A stretch of 64,000 nucleotides of DNA from Utricularia gibba (taxonomy: Eukaryota > Plantae > Magnoliophyta): contig NEEC01000007.1 of the NCBI GenBank assembly GCA_002189035.1, positions 2,418,001 to 2,482,000 on the forward strand, in the 5' to 3' direction. Numbering within the stretch: the stretch's first letter is position 1; each line of letters starts with the position of its first letter. Positions 62,117 to 64,000 of this stretch are shown here, in pieces. A model generated the notes under the pieces. The model did no database searches and was not told the DNA's origin. It was given only the letters and a program-made list of their open reading frames with translations. Position numbers and translations under genes: made by a program.

Positions 62117-63982
62117 TCACTTCTTTTTCTTGGATTTGTTGTTGGAGGACTGGGTGTATGCAGTTCCCTGAGAAGAGATGACGAGAATGGTGTAAATTGG
62201 AAATGTGACAAGCAACGAAAATGCGACGAAAAGCAGACAAAGTTTCGGGGGGGGGGGGGGGGAACCTGCAGCCATTCATCCATTGAGGAATCAGTTGTTG
62301 CAGTCCCAACCTCCACCTTAGGCGCCTTCTTTGTTTTCTGATAAAAGAAAAAAAAAAAGGAATGGATGAACGGGAGTGGGCATACAAAGGGGCTGGCAAC
62401 ATTATTTTAGTGTCCAGAATCCCACACGAAAGTGCCGAAAACAATGAAACCAGAATACAAACTCAACGCAAGCGAGGACATTCCTGTTTGAATGAATGAT
62501 ATGGACTCCAATAAAAAACTGATTAATAGACGAAGCCATGCATATGACAAAACTATACCATGGAACATGGGTAACTTTGAATTGCTGTTGCAAGAACAAT
62601 CGTTTACCTTGGACAAATGTGCCACTTGATTACGTAACCAAAATCCAAAGAGACCAAGAAGTGCTGTGCCGAGGCAAAGTAGGATCACAGTTTCAACACT
62701 CAGCAGGCCTCCAGCCTCGATAACTTCGATTGTTCCATTGTAGAAGGTATTCTGAAAAGGGTTTTGCTCAATCTCGTAGACAATGGTTCCCACAAGATCA
62801 AAAGTACCAGGCTGCAAGGCATATGAAATTAGCAGTGTAGTTAGGATCCAAAACAGCAGGAAATCAGAGATCACATTACCTGCAAAAACTTGCTGATTGT
62901 AAATGTGTATGGATACGTTGCTTGAGATGATGGAGACACTGATGAGCTGTTGAAAACCTTGTCAACACAAATAACGTAAAGTCATTTTGATCAGCTCTTG
63001 AAGGTAAGGCAGTCAATTTTGATTAAAAGGGAGAATCTAATCTTCACCGAACAGGTCAAAACTTACCAGATATGGATAGAGAAAGTGTGCTTAAATAAGT
63101 TCTAATAACGTGAGGATAATAAATAAAAATATACCTGTACAGTTAGATTCTGGACAAGGTAACGGTGGTCAAAAGGAAGATGAACACTAGCCTGGATGGC
63201 AATCACATTTATATTTGATTCGCCTATGTTTTACGCCAGAAGTTAAAAGAAAAACACAAATAAGCTGTTCACAGGCAAGGCACAGCAAATTCAGAAAGGA
63301 AAAGTTCCTTTCAATAACTATTTTTTTCAAAATATTTTAATAGATTTCACAAATAGATTTTAACAAAGATGAATTCACTGATACAAATGATTACCGCCAT
63401 TTTGTATCCCAACAAGTAGTGTGCTTTCTCCCCCAGCCACGATGACTGCAATCAAGAAATTAATCTCCTAAGGCAGATCCCATGGCACACGTAGCAAGGT
63501 AGAAAATAAGATTTGAGAAAAAGGCCCTTTAAAGAGCAAAAAAGTGGTCAATGTAGAAGTCGAAACAAAGACAAAGCAATCACTAACCCTTTGAGGGATT
63601 CTTTGAAAAAACATAAGCTGTCTCCACACCAGGAGCTGGACTAAAAGTTCCACCATAAACATCTTGGGCATCATCACCGACAATTCCAAGATCACCTTTC
63701 TCCTCAGCGGTTTCAACTACTTCTACATCTGCATCTGACTGACACCTTGCGACTACGAAGCAAGCTAGAGTTAGAAGGAAATGATGACAATACATGAAAT
63801 TTAAGATTAACAATAAACCTTAAATATGATTCATGAAGGTGAACAGCCAAGAAAAATTCTGCTAGGGAACCACAAATTGTCAAGAACGCATAAAAAATAA
63901 CCATTAATAGTGGAGATCGAAGCCCCAGGAATAAAAAAATTGCAAGCAATGTCTTTGACACGGATTCCTCCTCTAGATTCAT
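62117..63982 (-). CDS. SSR1: Translocon-associated protein alpha subunit (TRAP-alpha/SSR1), 8 exons
   Basis: Signal peptide ...SPLLM|VARCQSD, PGVETAYVF, IQASVHLPFDHRYLVQNLT, ATYPYTFTISKFLQ|PGTFDLVGTIVYEIE...FYNGTIEVIEAGGLLS, TM helix, KTKKAPKVEVGT...DEWLQ|GTAYTQSSNNKSKKKK*. Confidence 0.93.
62247..62262. repeat. G16 homopolymer (C16 on the transcript) in the last TRAP-alpha intron
   Basis: Direct reading; begins 3 nt after the GT donor at 62265. Confidence 0.9.
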
Positions 63983-64000
63983 TACCTTCGATTGCAAGAT

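Noticed and set aside
61856-62444. 161-aa and 156-aa ORFs overlapping the TRAP-alpha 3' end
   Set aside because: Explained as antisense or alternative-frame shadows of the TRAP-alpha exons, intron and 3' UTR.
26927-63982. Enrichment of ER/secretory genes (OST48, HVA22k, SFH, TRAP-alpha) as a functional cluster
   Set aside because: Interspersed with unrelated genes and best explained by ancestral synteny.
1-64000. tRNA, rRNA, spliceosomal snRNA or conserved miRNA genes
   Set aside because: I checked by eye for common plant mature miRNA and snRNA sequences and recognised none; a covariance-model scan would be needed to exclude divergent ones.

Overview
Gene-dense plant (eudicot) nuclear DNA with short introns. 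I can support 16 protein-coding genes: CYCD3 (-), two tandem intronless UGT73-type glycosyltransferases (-), a four-exon KRP/ICK CDK inhibitor (+, only exon 1 appears in the ORF track), a DUF1645 protein (+), an LRR-extensin (-), a MATE transporter (-), OST48/DGL1 (-), HVA22k (-), a TLDc protein (+), MED32 (+), a tentative PCH1-like protein (+), a SEC14/SFH protein (-), IMPL2/HISN7 (+), a SHI/STY (SRS) factor (-), an Ole e 1/proline-rich protein (-) and TRAP-alpha (-), counting the UGT pair as one locus. Transposon relics include an old TRIM with both LTRs, PBS and PPT; a ~1.9 kb Mutator-like element carrying a decayed plant mobile domain (PMD) gene; a probable solo LTR; and MITE-like remnants. 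The main oddity is eight frameshifts in four genes, each repaired by adding one base to an existing G/C run. This is most likely long-read consensus error, not biology. I did not find a convincing novel system. The best leads are the PMD-carrying MULE, the TRIM, an inverted pair of exact snRNA-type USE motifs, and a 28-bp direct repeat with paired small ORFs. Family calls come from my recognition of motifs; no searches were run.
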